Source: Heptranchias perlo
Lineage: Eukaryota
DNA length: 64,000 bases
NCBI RefSeq assembly: GCF_035084215.1
Contig: NC_090345.1
Span: 33,666,001 to 33,730,000 of the forward strand
Reading direction: 5' to 3'
Position numbers and translations under genes: made by a program
Shown here: positions 13,060 to 25,100 of the stretch, piece by piece
Numbering within the stretch: position 1 is the first letter of the stretch
Layout of the letters: every line of letters begins with the position of its first letter
The notes under the pieces: model-generated
Database searches by the model: none
What the model saw: the letters and a program-made list of their open reading frames with translations, nothing else
What the model was told of the DNA's origin: nothing

Positions 13060-13513
13060 AATAAAAACAGAAAATGCTGGAAAAGCTCAGCAAGTGAGAC
13101 AGCATCTGTGAAGAAAGAAACAGTTAACATTTCATCAGAGTTCTGACGAAAGGTCTTTGACCTGAAAGGTTAATTCTGTTTATTTCTCCACAGATGCTGC
13201 ACAATGCAGCAATTTCTTGCAACTCACAGGGAGGTTGAGGGTGAGCTGCCATTTTCGCAAAGCTAACGGCGGAGCGGCACAAATCGTCCAGCAATTTGTG
13301 GCGATTCGCACCTCATGGGGTATCTCTTCCTCACCACAAGTTGCTAGATAATTTACATATTAATAACGGTGAGCGCCATTAAACTCTTTGTTATTTTCCC
13401 AGCAAATTCTGGGCCTATATATCTCCTCAGATGCTGCCTCACTTGCTGAGCTTTTCCAGCATTTTCTGTTTTTATTTCAGATTTCCAACATTTGCAGTAT
13501 TTTGCTTTTGATT
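13060..13513 (+). mobile_element. Short Penelope/retrozyme-like retro-insertion with inverted arms and a hammerhead motif
   Basis: 14-bp direct repeat TAATGACTATTTTA at 13046-13059 and 13514-13527; about 50-bp inverted repeat 13060-13109 vs 13428-13477. Confidence 0.75.
13136..13178 (+). ncRNA. Minimal type-I hammerhead ribozyme-like motif
   Basis: CAGAGTT-CTGACGA-A-AGGTC-TTT-GACCT-GAAA-GG-TT-AATTCTG: stem I 7 bp (one G-U), stem II 5 bp, core boxes intact; activity unknown. Confidence 0.65.
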
Positions 13514-13634
13514 TAATGACTATTTTATACAGTAATGCAACGATCTAGAACAGAACACATAAAACTAGAAATATTGGAGATAATTTTCAATTTTGACGGG
13601 GGGCGGAAAATTGGCGGTAGCAGATCGGCCACCT

Positions 13635-13682
13635 GTCACGCACCCCGCCCGTCACGCACCCCGCCCGTCACGCACCCCGCCC
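13635..13682. repeat. 16-bp tandem repeat x3 inside a small MITE-like element
   Basis: (GTCACGCACCCCGCCC)3. Confidence 0.9.
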
Positions 13683-13793
13683 GAATTTTCTTTCCATTGA
13701 AGTCAATAACCGGCTGGTGGTCCACATGAACATTTCCCCCATAATATCTCCATAACAACTGTAAACAAGATATCACCTAACGTATGTGCTTAC

Positions 13794-13865
13794 CTTTCTT
13801 GCTTTGTACCTCTCATCACATAACAAACTCTCAACCTTAGAGCAAACACCATCTTCCAGAATTTC
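13794..13865 (-). CDS. DNTT: TdT exon 5, 72 nt
   Basis: EILEDGVCSKVESLLCDERYKARK; acceptor ttttcacacag, donor gtaagc. Confidence 0.95.
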
Positions 13866-14277
13866 CTGTGTGAAAACATGAAATAGATTTCAATGCATAG
13901 CAAGCTATAAAATCTTGTTGGTAATTATAAACTTTTCAATTTTTGCCCACTCAGATTCAGTGCTACCTCCATCCAGGCAGCACGAGTTAAATTCCTGGTA
14001 GCATTGGTGGTGCCCACACCCAGGAGTCTTTTTGTCCTGCCTCCAGAAGGGCTTGGGGGTCTGAATGAATGAAGTTGTGTATTCTTTTTCTCTGGCTTGG
14101 TGCCATGTCCTGCTGCCCTCTGGGTACAGATGGTGCTTGAGTGTTCATAATTTGCTGACGAGTGCAGGCTGAACTGTCTTTTTAAAACCTGGTGGTTCAG
14201 CTGCTTACAAAGGATTTATACCAATGCCTACGCCAATGGGTATATAAATGAGCAAATGAGCAAACCAAGGAAACTAT

Positions 14278-15033
14278 CGGCCAGTTCTTGCTGGAGTGGG
14301 GTATCCCGCGGCGTGCCCCGTTAGTTAGACTTTATCCTTCACCTTTCAGCTCGAAAATCTTTGTGCCGCAAGTTGCTGGAAGTGCGATCTGATAATGGCA
14401 CGGTGAGGGCAACGGGCCATCTGGGACCTTGATAAATGACAAGACCAATAGTGTATCTCCTTAACCAATGAGATTTAAGGATAAAGAAAGAAACAGAGGA
14501 ATGACTGAGAAGGAAATTGGGTGAATTAGAGTCAAATCAGGTACAGAAAGAGAAATAAAGAGAGGGAAATGAAGATTGGATTAAGAGAGAGAAAAAAGAG
14601 ACAGAAAAGGAAAAGTAAGAATTTTTTTAAAAATTTTAGAAATCTCTAAGAACAACTTACTACCTGCAGGAATGAGACTCCACAGTTTCAATTGTTCCCT
14701 TTCTGGGCCGAAGAGTTGAGTGGCATTGTAGGAACATAAATCTCATCATTAAAAGGGTCCTTACACTGTTAAGTACCAGCCCTAACTTTCTGCGGCGAAT
14801 TGAATTCACATTTACCACACAATGCAGCAATTTCTTGAAACTCAGAGGGAGGTTGAGGGTGAGCTGCTATTTTCGCAAGGCTAGCGGCGGAGCAGCTCAA
14901 ATCATCCAGCAATTTGTGGCGATTCGCACCTCATGGGGTATCTCTTCCTCACCACAAGTTGCTGGATGATTTACATATTAATAATGGCAAGCGCCATTAA
15001 ACTCACCACTATTTTCCCAGCAAATTCTGGGCC
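14278..15033. mobile_element. Harbinger-type MITE
   Basis: Imperfect TIRs CGGCCAGTTCTTGCTGG / CCAGCAAATTCTGGGCC with a 3-bp TAT duplication. Confidence 0.75.
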
Positions 15034-15425
15034 TATGTATCTTCCTCTAGAGGCCACCGGCGAATGCAACACTTTTTTTTTAAAGGCGAAGCAGCAGCGT
15101 AAATCACATCAAGGGAATTCCTGGCCTTAGACTTTTACGCCAAGAATTTCCTCGACACTTATCCCACTCCACCGCTGTAACTTCAGCAGAAATTCTATGC
15201 GTTTTGCACCGAATCTCCTGAAGTTACAGCAGCGAAGCCTCGAGGAAACTCTGGCATTGATGTTCATGCGAAATGTTTTGCCCTATCTAGATTTGTGGAG
15301 AGAAATTCATATCAATAAAGGAAATACAAGATCAGTTAAAATCCAATCTTTTCTCCATTTAATGCAGTTGATTTTAAGAAAGTTATAATATACAATATTT
15401 ATTCCAGCGGAAATCACTGTCATCA

Positions 15426-15680
<255 letters not shown>

Positions 15681-15756
15681 TTATACACACCAATAAAATC
15701 ACTTTGAAGTTAGCTAACATTGATGATCTAAGAAAGTCATTAATTGCATTTCATTT

Positions 15757-15930
15757 TCATAGAAACATAGAAAATAGGAGCAGGAGTAGGCCATTCGGCC
15801 CTTCAAGCCTGCTCCGCCATTCACTATGATCATGGCTGATCCTTTATCTCAATACCATATTCCCGCTCTCTCCCCGTACCCCTTGATGCCTTTTGTGTAT
15901 AGAAATTTATATAGCTCAGTGACGTGGCCT
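15757..15930 (-). mobile_element. CR1 LINE 3' end
   Basis: catagaaacatagaaaataggagcaggagtaggccattcggccc tail. Confidence 0.85.
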
Positions 15931-17624
15931 CCAGACCATCCTTTTCCTCAAAAGGTCCGTGGACTCGAGCTTCGGTCCTTAGACCAGAAAAGAACATAAG
16001 AATTTTTTATGTTATGTAGAACCTACCCAAGGGTAGATACATGCAGAATATTAATGTGAAATTTCAATAGCATGTTAATATCGTCCAAGCATGATTGCTG
16101 GGACAGGATTAAATTGGGCATGTGCTTGGCATGATTTTCCAATCATTTAAATGAATGGCACAGTGTACACCCAAATCTCCAATATATGCTGCCAATAAGC
16201 AAGGCTCCCAGCTGGAAATGCAAAATTGGAAAATTATTTCTCACTTCTATATCTTATTCTTATTAAAGCACATTAGGATTTAATGGAATAGTTCTAGTAA
16301 TGGAGGGACGAGCTTAAAGATAGGAAGGAGACCTGGCATTGACCAGTGACATTTCAGGAGGCCAGTCTGGCTGCCAGCAGGTGTCCAGAGAGATCTGATC
16401 CAGACCATCTTTTTATCATTACACACAAGGTACTAAATGCAAAGTAAAGTTCCCTCCACACTGCTCTAACCTCTGCTTTAGAAAACACTACTTTCTGTAG
16501 CAGTCCGTTATTTCGTTCCGATGCACATAGCACAAGAAATGAAACAAATGAGTTTGAAGCAAAATTCAGCTCAAAGAGTATAATCATTACAGAAACCTGG
16601 CTACAAGCTGGGCATGGCTGGCAGCTAAACATTCCAGGCTATAGGATCTTTAGAAAGGACAGGGAAATTGGGAAATGAGGAAAGGTAGCAAGGCACAATT
16701 ACAGCAGTAGAAAGAAGGTATTTTAGTAAAGGTGATCAGGTTGTGGAGACAGCATGGGTAGAATCAAGGAACAACAAAGAATGTAAAACTCTGTTGGGAG
16801 TTGTCTACAGACCTCCTCACAGTAATGGTGTAGTGGAAGGATGGATAAATACGGAGATCAGGAAAGCATGTAGCGGAAACAATATGGTTATAATATGAGA
16901 TTTTAATTTTCAGATAGACTGGGAGAAGTAGGACAGCTCAAGTAGTAAAGTCAATGAATTTCTAGAATATACCTGGACAGTTTTCTAGAATAATGATTTA
17001 GAACCGAAAAGGGAACAGGTCATATTAGATTTAATGATGAGTAACAAACCAGAATTAGTTAACAATCTGACGGTAAGGGATCATCTTGTGAATAATGTCC
17101 ATAATATGATTGAATTTGATACTAAGCTTGAGAGGGAAAAAGGAAAGTCACAAACCAAGGTTATAAATTTAAGTACAGCAAACTTCAAAGGGACAAGAAA
17201 TAAATTGACCACAATAAACTGGGCTGAATTGTTGATGGGTAAACCTACAGACAAACAGTGGGAAGTTTTCAAAGAAGTATTTGGTTCCATACAAAACCAG
17301 TACATACCCCTAAAAGGCAAAAGTTAAGCAACCATAGTCAGCAAATGATGGAAGAGACAGTACCAAGCTAAAAGAAAAGGCTTACACAAATACAAGGAAA
17401 ATGGAAATCCAGTGGACCGGGAGAGCTGTAAAAAGTAACTAAAGGATACAAAGAAAGTAATGTGATGCAAAAAGAGAATATGAAAAAAACTTGCAAGAGA
17501 CAGTAAAGTTAACATTAAAAGTTTTTATTATATTAAGACAAAGAGAGTGATAAGAAGGAATGTGGGCCCAGTAAAGGCTGTAATGGACAATAAGGAAATA
17601 ACAGAGTTGTTTCATGAATACTTT

Positions 17625-18717
17625 GGCCTGGATTTTTACTCTGAGCATGGAGAGCGGGGAGGGGAGCATTTCTGGACAGGAGAATCGGAAGTATGGGTTT
17701 CCGGGACCCCTGGCCATTTTGACATCAGGGCGTCTGTTAAATTTTTTCAGCAGGTTTCCCGCCTGACAGGCAGCTAGACAGGTTGGCAGTCTGTGGGACG
17801 GGAAAGCAGCTGGGGAGCAAATGCCAGGTAAGTCTGAGATTGGGGAGCTTAGGGGCATACGTCGGGAGGGGGGTCAGGCTTGGGAGAGTCGGTCATCGGG
17901 GGGGGGGTCATCGTGGGGCGGGGGTCGGGCATCGTGGGGCGGGGGTCGGGCATCGTGGGGCGGGGTGCGGGCATCGTGGGGCGGGCGTCGGGCATCGTGG
18001 GGCGGGCGTCGGGCATCGTGGGGCGGGGGTCGGGCATCGTGGGGCGGGGGTCGGGCATCGTGGGGCGGGGGTCGGGCATCGTGGGGCGGGGGTCGGGCAT
18101 TGTGGGGCGGGGGTCGGGCATCGTGGGGCGGGGGTCGGGCATCGTGGGGCGGGGGTCGGGCATTGTGGGGCGGGGGTCGGGCATCGTGGGGCGGGGGTCG
18201 GGCATCGTGGGGCGGGGGTCGGGCATCGTGGGGCGGGGGTCGGGCATTGTGGGGCGGGGGTCGGGCATCGTGGGGCGGGGGTCGGGCATCGTGGGGCGGG
18301 GGTCGGGCATCGTGGGGCGGGGTCAGACATCGTGCGGGCAGGGACATCGTGGGGGGGGTTGGCGGGGAGGTCGGTGACATCGGCAGGTAAGCTTGTTGGG
18401 CCTGGAGAAACACTCCTGCTCCTCCTGGCCCACAAGCAGTGCAATAAAGGCACTTACTTATTGATCCGGGCCTTCTTGACTCCTCTTACGTGGTGAGAAT
18501 CAAAAGTTCTGGGAATAAAAAAATCTATTAAAATGGAGGCACGCAGCCTCCTTAGAAGATTTTATTGACCGACCCACCTCATGAGAGCGGATTGGTCACC
18601 CACCCCCCGACCCGCCTCCGTTAAATCAGGAAGTGGGCGGGCTGGAGGCAGGTTTTACATTTTTTACCTTCCCACCTGCCCCCAACTCACCTGTCATTGG
18701 GGGTTAAAATTACCCCC
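17625..18717. mobile_element. Harbinger-type MITE inserted in the CR1
   Basis: 3-bp TSD TTT (17622-17624, 18718-18720); removing it restores the CR1 sequence gaatactttgcatttgttttcaca; ends GGCCTGGATTTT / AAAATTACCCCC. Confidence 0.85.
17903..18323. repeat. G-rich 21-bp minisatellite, about 20 copies
   Basis: Unit GGGGGTCGGGCATCGTGGGGC; explains the repetitive ORFs in all six frames. Confidence 0.97.
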
Positions 18718-19394
18718 TTTGCATTTGTTTTCACAGTTGAGGAAGAGGACAAAATACCAGCAGTGGAAGCCAAACTAAAAACAAGGGGAACGTATTGTAT
18801 TTAAAAAACATATACATTAAAAAATGGTAATAGAAAAAATAATGGGACTCAAGATAGATAAATGTCAGGACCTGATGGTTTCCACCCCAGAGTATTAAAA
18901 GAAATAGGTCAGGAAATTACAGATGCTTTAGTCGTAACTTTCCACTTTTTCACACAAAGGGCAGTGGAAAGCTGGAACTGTCTCTCCCCAAAAGGCCGTG
19001 GATACTGGGTCGGTTGGAATTTTCAAGACTGAGATCGATAGATATTGGTTAGGTAAGGGTTCCAAGGAATATAGATCAAAGGCAGGAAAATGGAATTGAG
19101 GTACAGATCAGGCATGATCTGATTGAATGGTGAACATGCTCAAGGGGCTGAATGACCTACTCCTGTCCCTATGTTCCTACGATGTCTTTGATTCAAACTG
19201 CCAAATTTTGGTTAGTTTTGTGCTGTGGACTGTATTTGAGATTTCACTTTGGATCTTACAGCCATCAGGCACAGGAATATTTTATCTCTTCAAATTATCC
19301 AATTCTAGACCTGCGTTAAAGAGGAATGCTTCAATGTAATTTAAATTTGTAATGCAAAGTAATTTACGATATAAATCTGATCTTATGATATATT

Positions 19395-20173
19395 GGGCTA
19401 GAAATAAAGGAGGACCTCAGTTTTTAGTGGTGAATTGAAGGAGCAAGTTCCCGTGTTCGCAACTGCGCAGTGAAACACGGAAATCGTGACCTTGCTCCCA
19501 GTGGTTCGCTGGTGATATGACAGCTTCGAATTAAAGGGATATCGCACGTTGCAATCAGAGAAATCATTGAAAAATCACAAACTTGCTTATGTGCCCAGCT
19601 GGAAAGTAACTAATTATGCCACCAAACAGGTACACTTAAAAATATCAGGTCTAAACTAAGTTTTAAAAGTTAGTCTTAATGACTGCCAAACAACTAAAAA
19701 TTAACTTTTAAAAATGTGGAGTCTCATATTACTCATTATTTTAATAGTTTTGGTCATTAAAAAAAAATTAAATTAAAAAAATTAAAATTGTGTATTCCTT
19801 TATTTTTCCCTTCTGTCTCTTCAATTTAATTCAATTATTTCTGAATTTAAAAAATTAAAATTTTTATTTACAATGACATACAGAATACTAACTTCAAATG
19901 AATGAAGTCTGCTTGCCTGTTTGAGCAATGCAGCCTGAATCTGGGGGCGTGTATTCTCTTCCTGACAGATTTTGTGGGCGTTTCTTCTCCTCACACACTT
20001 TTCCAGCCGCGTGGCAACTCGCTGCTCAGAAGCTGGGTTGATAGCGCACATTTTGTTTAAAGTTCAAATTCAAGCAATTGGACACCACAGAGCCCGCAGT
20101 AAGTATTTTCATTAATTACATTCGCAGGAACTGCGGTGAGCGTTACCTCACCGCTCTGCACGATTTCTGGCCC
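19395..20173. mobile_element. Harbinger-type MITE
   Basis: TIRs GGGCTAGAAAT / ATTTCTGGCCC (10/11) with 3-bp TSD ATT; interior resembles 60530-60982 in inverted orientation. Confidence 0.8.
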
Positions 20174-21715
20174 ATTAATTTTTAAATTTGGATTTCAACC
20201 ATACATGCCTATTCAAATGTAATGTTCCTATACAGGAAAATTTGTATCAAACTCCAATTCCTGATTTCACTGACCAGTATCACTGTGTCACAGCTATATA
20301 TGTTATGTGCAAGTCTGGTTATATAAAATTATTTTGTTTATCCTACTCTATTCAGGCGATGTATATTTAAATGGCAGTATGTTACATATTTTATGTTTTA
20401 AAAAAATTAATACAATCTCTTCTGGGAATATTTTCTTAAAGCTTATTCTCTGTAAAAAGAAATTTAATTTTAGTAAATCAAAGATAATACATCCTTATTC
20501 CAAAAGGTCCTGTCAGCCTTCCTGCTTTCCCTGGGTGAGGTGCAGAGACAGATTTAATGGTGATGTTCTCATCTCAGTCACTGTATGATACACTGTCTTA
20601 GAAATGGAGCCAGATTGGGTGGAAATGAATAACTGCAGTCCTCTTCATCTGCCAAATTGAAAATATTTCTCCTGCTGAAGTAATAGGAGCCTTCCCCACT
20701 TCTTATTCTCTTTAGATGAAACACACAGGGAATTGATTTTTACAAAAATGCGTGTAGTTTTGTGTGGCAGATAGTGGTAGAATAGGTTCCAGGCAAATTA
20801 CAGAAATAAGTCATCCTGCCTGAGGCTTACTGCTCATTTAAGCATAATGACTAGCATCTTGCTCTCTTGCTAAAGCAACATTTTGCCATTCTGGTGATAA
20901 GTTGGTTATTTTAATAATAATTTTTCCACCACTTTTAAAGCCTGGCATGGTGAACAACACTAGATTAAAAAATAGGAAGAAACGTTTGATCTAAAAGCAA
21001 GTGCAGGCTATAAAGCAAACTTTTATTCTTCAATCCTGCCTTATTGGTGTAAAACCACACTGCCGGAGTCCTGAATCATAGAGGTCATGACTCCAGCTGT
21101 GTCCAGAATGAGACCATTTGTTAAAAAATATTTCAAAAATAATAAAATAAATTCTCGGTGATAGGTGTTCTGTTTGCTCAAATGGATTTCGTAGCACACA
21201 TATAATCCTAATGGTGTAATGGTTGGTGTGTTCCTTCCACCACAAATCCTTCATAGTGCACATTAGCCTGCTTTAAAATAGACAACCATGAATAACACCT
21301 CGGGTCTCCATCAGACATTTATCTCTAGCAGTAGCTGCATATTAGGGACAGTCTTGTGATCCAGTTCTCAGTAATCAATATGTAGCCTCAAGCTTCCATC
21401 CTTCCTTATGGAGAACTGCTACTGGACATAAACAGCAGCAATGCCAATAACTATTGTGTGTACCTTCTTGTATAAGGCTTTGCTTTAGATGTCCCTGCTG
21501 CACGAGGAATCATTTTCCACGTTAATTCTCGGTCTTAAGTTAAGAATACAGCCTATGCCATCATGAGAAAATGCAGCTGCTTCTTTTTTGAGATTTGACC
21601 ATTTATTTGGGGCCTTATCTCTTGGGGGTCTTCAGAATGTAAGAACTAACTCTTCCATCTGATTCATATAAAGTCTGCATTAGTTTCCTTGTTGTCTCTA
21701 ACATTATCCAATGCC

Positions 21716-22187
21716 TACAATAAAAAGACTTGCATTTATAGAGCACCTTTCATGACCTCAGGAAGTGCCAAAGCACTTCACAGCTAATTAAGTACTTTTG
21801 AAGTGCAGTCACTGTTGCAATGTAGGAAGCGTGGCAGTCAATTTGCACACAGCAAGGTCCCACAAACAACAATGTGATAATGACCAAGTAATCTGTTTTT
21901 TAGTGATGTTGGTTGAAGAATAAATATTGATCAGGACACTGGGGAGAACTCACCTGCTCTTCTTCAAAATAGTGCCATGGGATCTTATACATCCACCTGA
22001 GAGGGCAGACGGGACCTCGGTTTAACATCTCATCTGAAAGACGGCACCTCCAACAGTAAAACGTTCCCTCTGTACTGCACTGGAGTGTCAGCCTAGATTA
22101 CGTGCTCAAGTATCTAGAGTGGGACTTGAACCCACAACCTTCTGACTCAGAGGAGAGAGTGCTACCACTCAGCCACGGCTGACACCT
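21716..22187 (-). mobile_element. tRNA-headed Deu-domain SINE (SacSINE1-like), near full length
   Basis: A box TGGCTGAGTGG, B box GGTTCAAGTCCC, central GGAGGTGCCGTCTTTCAGATGAGATGTTAAACCGAGG domain, L2-like tail ending ATAAATGCAAGTC. Confidence 0.85.
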
Positions 22188-25100
22188 CCAATATGTTGGA
22201 GGTGTCAGCCTATTCTGCTTGGTAATCTCAGCTGTACTCTATTAACCTCTGTAACTTTTATGATACCACTTACAATATCAGCCTCTCCATTCATGCCAAC
22301 CGTTGATATTTCAACCCATGTGTCAGCTTGTTGGCATTTCACAAAAAGAAACAGTTCCATTCACATGGATTGCAGGATGTCAGTATCAACCAATCAGATT
22401 GGTTGGAGAGAAAGAGTGGAGTCGATCAGGACCAATTAATCAGATGTTATTTTCTCCCATTGTTCTACAGGAGCTTGAAGTGGAAAAGTTTTAAGATGAG
22501 CTGTTAGTTTCTGAGATATGCAGTTACAGCTAATAAATAGGCTTCTGAATTGCAGCTCTTAAAACTTTATTTCCTCTAGACAACTTTCTGGGGCTTTCCT
22601 AGCTTTTATCTCATATGTAGGATTATTTTCTTCAACCCAGCTACTTTTTTTCAGATTAGGCAGATGTTCCTTAACTCCGCATCTGTACAAAGATGCGACA
22701 ATTAGGGCATGCAAAGACTCCTCTTCCCAAAGGAAACTGGGACAGCTGACCCAGTAGTACCACTAAGGTACATGAATATGTGACTAACTGTAATACTAGA
22801 TGTACCCCAATCACAGTGGGGACGATTTGAGTGTGCTTATTACTGCCCTGTCCACACTGAAAAATAAGTAGGCAGAAAAAGTTACAAAAAATCCTACTGC
22901 GACTTGATTTTCAAGCAGGCCTTGAAATAGGCAGCCAGCGCTCCCACCCGTAACAGGCGAAAGGAAGCCTTACTAAAATCTATAAATTGGGATCTTATGC
23001 CAGCTGTAGGACCACAAGGCAGTGCTGTTGGACGTAGGGTGGCCTAACCAGTGGTTCTTAAAGGGCCACTCCAAAAACACTTCTAAAGGACTTGAGCCAT
23101 TGTTTTTTGTGGGGACAGGAGCAGCACGACTGCAGCCATATCCTGGTGATTGAATGCCCAGATAGCACCCTGGGTGATGTTGTAAAGGTCCCCTGTAGCC
23201 ACCCACGTGTAATACTGGTGCCCATTATATACTCCGCACAATTTTCATTTCCATTTTCAGCAAGTTGAAAATCTGCAACCAAATTCTGAATGTACAATCC
23301 TGAATTTAAGTTGTAGATAATGGGGTACAATTTCTCCTGATCTCCCACCATAGCTTAAAGAGAAACCCTGGAGAAACGTGTAAACAGTTGTTTTACACCA
23401 TTTTCCAAGGGTTTCCACCGATCTTCCCCGGGGATACCCTCCGTGGAAATTCTATCCCATCGTTTTCAACAAAGAAATGGAGGTAGCTTTTCATCTTTAC
23501 TGCCTGGGTTTAAAGCATCACCTGGGGTGGAAAGCAGAGAGGAAAATGGAACACAGAGGATTGTACACAAATAACAACGACGGCCTGATTTTTCTTCCAT
23601 TTCTGTTCTGGGTATGCAATCCTCCCTGTTCTGCTTTCTTCTCTGAAACCCAAACTATGCTTCATGGCCAGGCAGTAAAGACAAAAGTCCTGAAGGAGCC
23701 ACAAGAAATGAATTAGTTTGAGCTGTATGAAAGTGGTAACCAGTGTTAGTCGATTTGCTGGGTGCTCAACATTTGTTTTTGTTTTACGCTCTCCATTTAG
23801 CTGGTTGTCAGTGTTACATATTATTCAATCACACCTTATTTCATGATGAAAAATACCAGGTTTGACTGAAAACAGAGAACTGGCAGTGCCTTGTAATGGG
23901 AAACTATGTCACCTGGTCATGACAAGGCACAGTGCAGATGATCAGTGTCGTAATAACATCACATTATGTCTACCACTGAAAATTCTTGATATTTAACAAG
24001 CGCTTCAGTGTATGACAAGTTTCAGGAACATTATGCAAGAAGTGTGCTCACTCGGAAATTAAAGCTAGGTATTTTTGTTCCTCTTTATTTTAGTATTATT
24101 GGAATTTTAGGGTTCTCATGTGAAGTCCTGCATTCCTTTATTCATTTTACAGGAGCAAGCATATTAGATTAATGTAAGTGAAGATTTTTCTTGAAATGCA
24201 TCCATTCCAAACCGTTGATGGAAAAGCTGTCCTCAATAATTCCTAAGACACAGCAAATACTCAACAGCAGCAAAAAGAAACAATGGGATCAATGTTCATC
24301 GTCGCTGACTGGGATGATAGCCTGGCGGAGTGGATCACCCATCCATTATAGAACCCGTCCGATTTTCATGCTATAATGGGCTTGCGATCCGCTCTGCCAG
24401 ATTATCGCCCAGATGTTGAAGATAAAAATCTACCCCAATGGTCCCCACTTCCTGCAATCACTCTGCAGATTTTTCATCTTCTTGACCTGATCAACTACAA
24501 ATCGGTACATGTACACGTTAACTGCAGTATTCACTAGATGTGCAAACAATGTCAGCTGACTTTTGATCCAGTAATAACTTGCCATATTTTATAACTGTAG
24601 GATTTATAGCACTTCTTCCTGGCATGTGTAGGCGGTACCAAATGTATTCTGAAATGTGACCCAGCTTGTGAAATCATGCAGATTACACAAAAAAAGGGGA
24701 AATAAATAAGAAAGTGTTATGAGCTTTTCTACTATACTGCAGCCTGGCACACAGTGAGTGCGAAAACATTGGGTATCACACTCTGCATTTGTCAAAAATG
24801 TAATCTGTTCATCACATTAATCGCAGTTACATTTCTCACTTTGCATCTGGTTCATTCAATTTCGCATTTGTGCAAACATTTCACAAAATTAACTACAGGA
24901 AGTTTCACATTCAATGTAAAATAAAACACTTGTTTCCTGTTTATCTATCACACATGATGGGAGTAGGTGGAATGACCCTTAAAGTTCTTGTGATCTGTGT
25001 TTGACCATTCCTGCATGCTGCTCCAACATACTGACTTAATCATTCATGTGGCAATAAATAACTCCAAACAGGTGTACCATAACCCAGTACAACAAATCCC

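Larger units (their letters stand above)
16490..19180 (+). mobile_element. Decayed CR1 LINE (endonuclease region, internal deletion, 3' end), interrupted by a MITE
   Basis: IIITETWL, GVVYRPP, LDLMMSNKPELV, EYF/AFVFT, GPDGFHPRVLKE remnants with stops; 3'UTR at about 18950-19180. Confidence 0.85.

Noticed and set aside
17783-18496. 150-240 aa ORFs in all six frames
   Set aside because: They arise from a stop-free 21-bp tandem repeat; no evidence of a gene.
22110-22187. tRNA gene
   Set aside because: The A and B boxes are the head of a SINE that continues into a Deu core and L2-like tail.
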